Shown: positions 60,584-64,000 of the stretch, one piece after another
Position numbering within the stretch: position 1 is the stretch's first letter
Layout: every line of letters begins with the position of its first letter
Assembly (NCBI GenBank): GCA_036172245.1
Contig: JAYWIR010000067.1
Location: 1 to 64,000 of the forward strand
Reading direction: 5' to 3'
Length of the DNA: 64,000 bases
Source: Raillietiella orientalis
Lineage: Eukaryota
The notes under the pieces: generated by a model
Seen by the model: only the letters and a program-made list of their open reading frames with translations
Told to the model about the DNA's origin: nothing
Databases searched by the model: none
Made by a program: the position numbers and the translations under genes

Positions 60584-61117
60584 GAGGTCACAGGAGGAGG
60601 GAAGACCGCCCACAGCGGGGAGTGCGCGTAACCCCTGGAGCTTCCTTCTTGCCGCCGTGATCCGACCCGACGGCGAGCCGCCGGAGGACATCGGCCAGCA
60701 ACCGCGCGGTGCCTGAAGGGACCCCCCGTGCCGACACAGAGCCCTCGCCCTCCGCTTGCTGCCCGGCCACTTTCTCGAAACGCAAGAAAGAGGTTGGGTT
60801 CCTCCTGGCGACGCCCGCATCCCGCGCGACTGACCTCGAGGCGGCGGGGAGCGCCGCGGTCGCGCCACCACGAGGCGAAGAAGGGAGGCCGCCCGGAAAA
60901 CCAACGAAGGAAGGAAAGGCGCTGCAGGAACTCACCCGGTTTTCCCGCTTCGCAGCGAGCCCGCCACGGCCCTCCTCCCCTTCCTCCTCCTCGTCCGTCT
61001 TGCGTCCTCGCGATTCGCCGCCTGCCCGGCAGGCAGTGCTCGCATCTCTCGTGCGGACCGACCGCGGGCGACAGCGGGAGACTCTCTCCTTCCCCCTCCC
61101 TTCCTCTCTCCAGGAGT
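60584..61117. repeat. Right arm of a 534-bp inverted repeat (partner 56976-57509)
   Basis: As for the left arm; ends 180 nt upstream of the NHE acceptor at 60404. Confidence 0.95.
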
Positions 61118-64000
61118 AAGGGATTGCGTCCAAGAAGGGTTCCGCCTGCTCCAGCGGTCGTCCGGATGGGACGAACGGGAGACTTTGGACGGCAGAAAAA
61201 ATGGAGACCGCCGATGGGCAGAAGACACGAGGAAAGTGACGGTCCGAGAAGATAGAGACCTCGGAAGAAGAAGAAGAGCGAGAAGACGCCAGAAGAGGGC
61301 GGCGACGTGCCCTGAGGCGCTCGTCAAAGAGTGGGGCGACGCTCCAGGAATTTCGGAAGGCCCTAAGGCCCTCGCAGAAGCTCTCGTAGCACTGACGGCG
61401 GAGAGCAAGAGGGGTCGGAACAGCGTCTGCTCCTCCCTCCGCGGGTACGACGGGGGAACGGGAACGGCTGGCACCTTCGGGGTGACGAGAAGAAACCAAT
61501 CCGGTCCCACGGGAAGGGCCCTCACGGGACCGCTCGACCGGGAAAGGTGGCCCACGAAACCTCTTCACGAGATGCGAAGAGGGGGCGTTTGGGTACTGGC
61601 TGGCGGAAAGGAACGCCCCGGAGGGGGAAGAAGACGGGGGCTGTCTACTTTGAGGCGTTTAGTTCGTCGTCTCAGCAGGAGGGGCGGCGGCTGGCGTGCG
61701 CCCGTTCCTACTCCAAGGCCTCCGCAACCCCTTGGCCGCACAGGGAGGTTGGGCGGAGGATGGTTCCGTTCTTCGTCCAGGGAGCATCTCGAGAGAACAG
61801 GAAGCGGTTTCCCCGCGATAGAGCGGCCCTCAGGCACGCAGGGACGCCCTCAGGGTGTTTTCTCTCTTCTTTTTTTTCCTTTTTGCTTGCCCCCTTGCAG
61901 GATGGAGGATGGAGACGGGTAGACGCTTGCGAGGAACCTAGGGTGACGTTCCGCGTTCCTCTGCAACGTCATCGCCGAACACCTTGCAGGAGAACCAATG
62001 TAGGGTAGGAGCTAAACCTCCCACGGGGCCACCCCTCTCCGCCTCCTCCCCAACGCAGGAGAGACTGAAAGAAAACCTGTGGGAGAGGAAGAGACTCTCG
62101 TGATTTCCAAGCGGCAATCCGACCACCTCCAGGGGCTGCCCTGTTCCTTGGTGGCAACAGCAGAAGGGGCAGCATCAGGAACGGGGAAAGGACGGGAACC
62201 ACGAGAGACCGCTGCAGGGGCGGCTGAATAAATCCGCAGCGGCATTGACGACAAGACGCGCGAGGGTGACAAAAAAGTGGTGGGGAGGCTCCAGTAGTCG
62301 TCCACGCAAAACCTGGTGATGCTGCCACTCCTGCCGGCGGCCATCACCGCCGTACCTCTCTGCGCGGGAGGACTGCGAGATGATGGCGCTGTCGACCCGA
62401 CCCTAGCGGCTACCGCAGCCGTTCCCCGTGCCATCGTGCAATTCGTTCCTCCGCTGCCACATGGCGTTGCCTTTCCCTGTGGTCGTTTCCTTCGGCTCCA
62501 CCAGGAGCATCGGCCACTCCCCGCGTTTGAGTGGGCCGCGCGCCGCTGATTGGCTCGTTCAAAAATTTCGCAGCGAGGACTTCTAGGAGCTCTCTTAACT
62601 TCCTTTTCTTCCTCTCCCTTCCCGTCTGCTTCAAGGAGCTGGCACGTTCGGTCCAAGAGTCACGGGTGTGGAAGTGGACAGCTGGGATGGCGCGCTAGCT
62701 TCCGGGAGCGAAGAGGTCGGGTAGGTCTTCGCGACGAGGGGGCAAAAGAGTTTACAGACCTCCGACGGGTCGGCTGACGCCTTCACACTTCGGAACGCAA
62801 TCGCCACGTGCGCCGCCTTGCGCACGCGTACATCCGCTGCGTCCAAGCCACAACGATAAAAAGAAAAAGCGAGACAGATCAAAAACACGCACGCACACAG
62901 CAGCAACAACAACAGGAGAAAACGGGAACGAAAGAAAATAAAAAGTTTTCAGCAGCGAGCGCACGTGATAAGTCGTCATGGCGTGCCACCTCGCGTTCGT
63001 GATTGTACGCCGTGTTTGTGTGAGGGGCAACATCCGGTCGTCAAGGCGATGCGTGTCGCCTTGGTCATTCAGAAATTTGCCGCACGCGTTCCTGATCTTC
63101 CGCACACAATTTCCATGAAAGTCCCGCGGAAAAACAAACAAGCAAACAAACAAGAGGAAGGCACGGCAGCAAGAAATTCCACGCAAGCGTGAGAAATCGA
63201 GATGAAGCGACGGCGGCGGAGCAGCGGCAGTCGTTCGCCGCCAGTCCCATCGACGCGCGCCAACAACTGCACGTCGGACTGTCAGGCATGTGCCCACCGC
63301 CTGCGCGCCTTTCCCCTGCCACGGTGCCAGCAGGGTGGAGCCGCCTTCCTTCCCGTCAGGTAGTCAGAAAAGCACAGAGAGATGCGGCGAAGGCAACAGG
63401 AAGAGCGCAGTGAGCAAGAAGGATAAAAAGAGGCAGGCAATCTTCCTAACAGTTTCTCAGAAGCTCAGCCCAATCCCAGGTACATCCCCAAGGGGTAGCA
63501 GTTCCGTACCGACGCCACAGAAGGGACGCACTTTGGAAACGTTCCGAAGTCGGTCGTCCTGACCCCGGGAGGGAAAATGCGACCTCCGCCGAGGGAAGAA
63601 ATCTGGATAGCAACCGCTCTTCTGGTTCTCCTCCCACGCTTGCTCCTCTGCACGGGTTTGTCTCAATAGGGAGAGCTGACCCTTTCCCTGCTTCCACTGG
63701 CTGCCGAAGGGAAGGGAAAGAGATCAGCTGCCGTACTCTTCGGGAGTTTTGGGCTTCGCTGGAGGTAGCAGCAGAGAGGTGAAAGAGGAGGAGGGCGAGA
63801 AGCTCTGGGTTGTTGCTGCGACATCTTCCGTGCCATGAGTAGCACGCGATTCGTCTTGGGGGCCAGAAGCGTAAGCGCATATAGATTACCAATTACGAGA
63901 CGTGCCTCACGCTCTCACACTCGACATGCACACAAAGGGGTACGCAAAAATTCGGTAGACTCATAGCCTCTCGACAGCAGTGAGTGACCTGCAGCTGCAG

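Noticed and set aside
60404..64000. Upstream NHE exon, including the GG|GTGAGT donor at 60935 inside the right repeat arm
   Set aside because: The phase-1 frame there reads [13 protein letters not shown], not the expected hydrophobic helix ending in AKIG; no suitable exon found in the window
1..64000. CRISPR arrays, operons, prophage or rRNA
   Set aside because: No regularly spaced repeats, prokaryotic gene organisation or rRNA motifs; the genes are spliceosomal

Overview
Eukaryotic genomic DNA, probably from an arthropod or similar invertebrate. It is GC- and CpG-rich apart from an AT-rich island at about 24.9-29.6 kb. Two spliced protein-coding genes were reconstructed by hand, both on the minus strand. 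(1) A plasma-membrane Na+/H+ exchanger (SLC9A/CPA1, Drosophila Nhe2-like) has 15 phase-consistent exons from 60403 down to a stop at 32755, about 840 codons. Its first exons were not found and probably lie beyond the right edge. (2) A complete 5-exon, 164-aa mitochondrial glycine cleavage system H protein gene (GCSH) runs from 28044 to 24365. The rest is intronic or intergenic and holds six diverged copies of a tRNA-headed SINE-like element, a decayed LINE ORF1-like remnant, microsatellites and purine tracts. Most ORFs in the supplied track are spurious products of GC-rich DNA. Most notable observations: an apparently perfect 534-bp inverted repeat bracketing two NHE transmembrane exons (circRNA, exon-skipping or inversion architecture); a diverged copy of a C-terminal NHE exon in an upstream intron with a newly gained acceptor; an RFxV SPAK/OSR1-type motif overlapping a possible alternative donor; and a strong CpG contrast between the two genes. 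Coordinates were read by eye and no searches were run.
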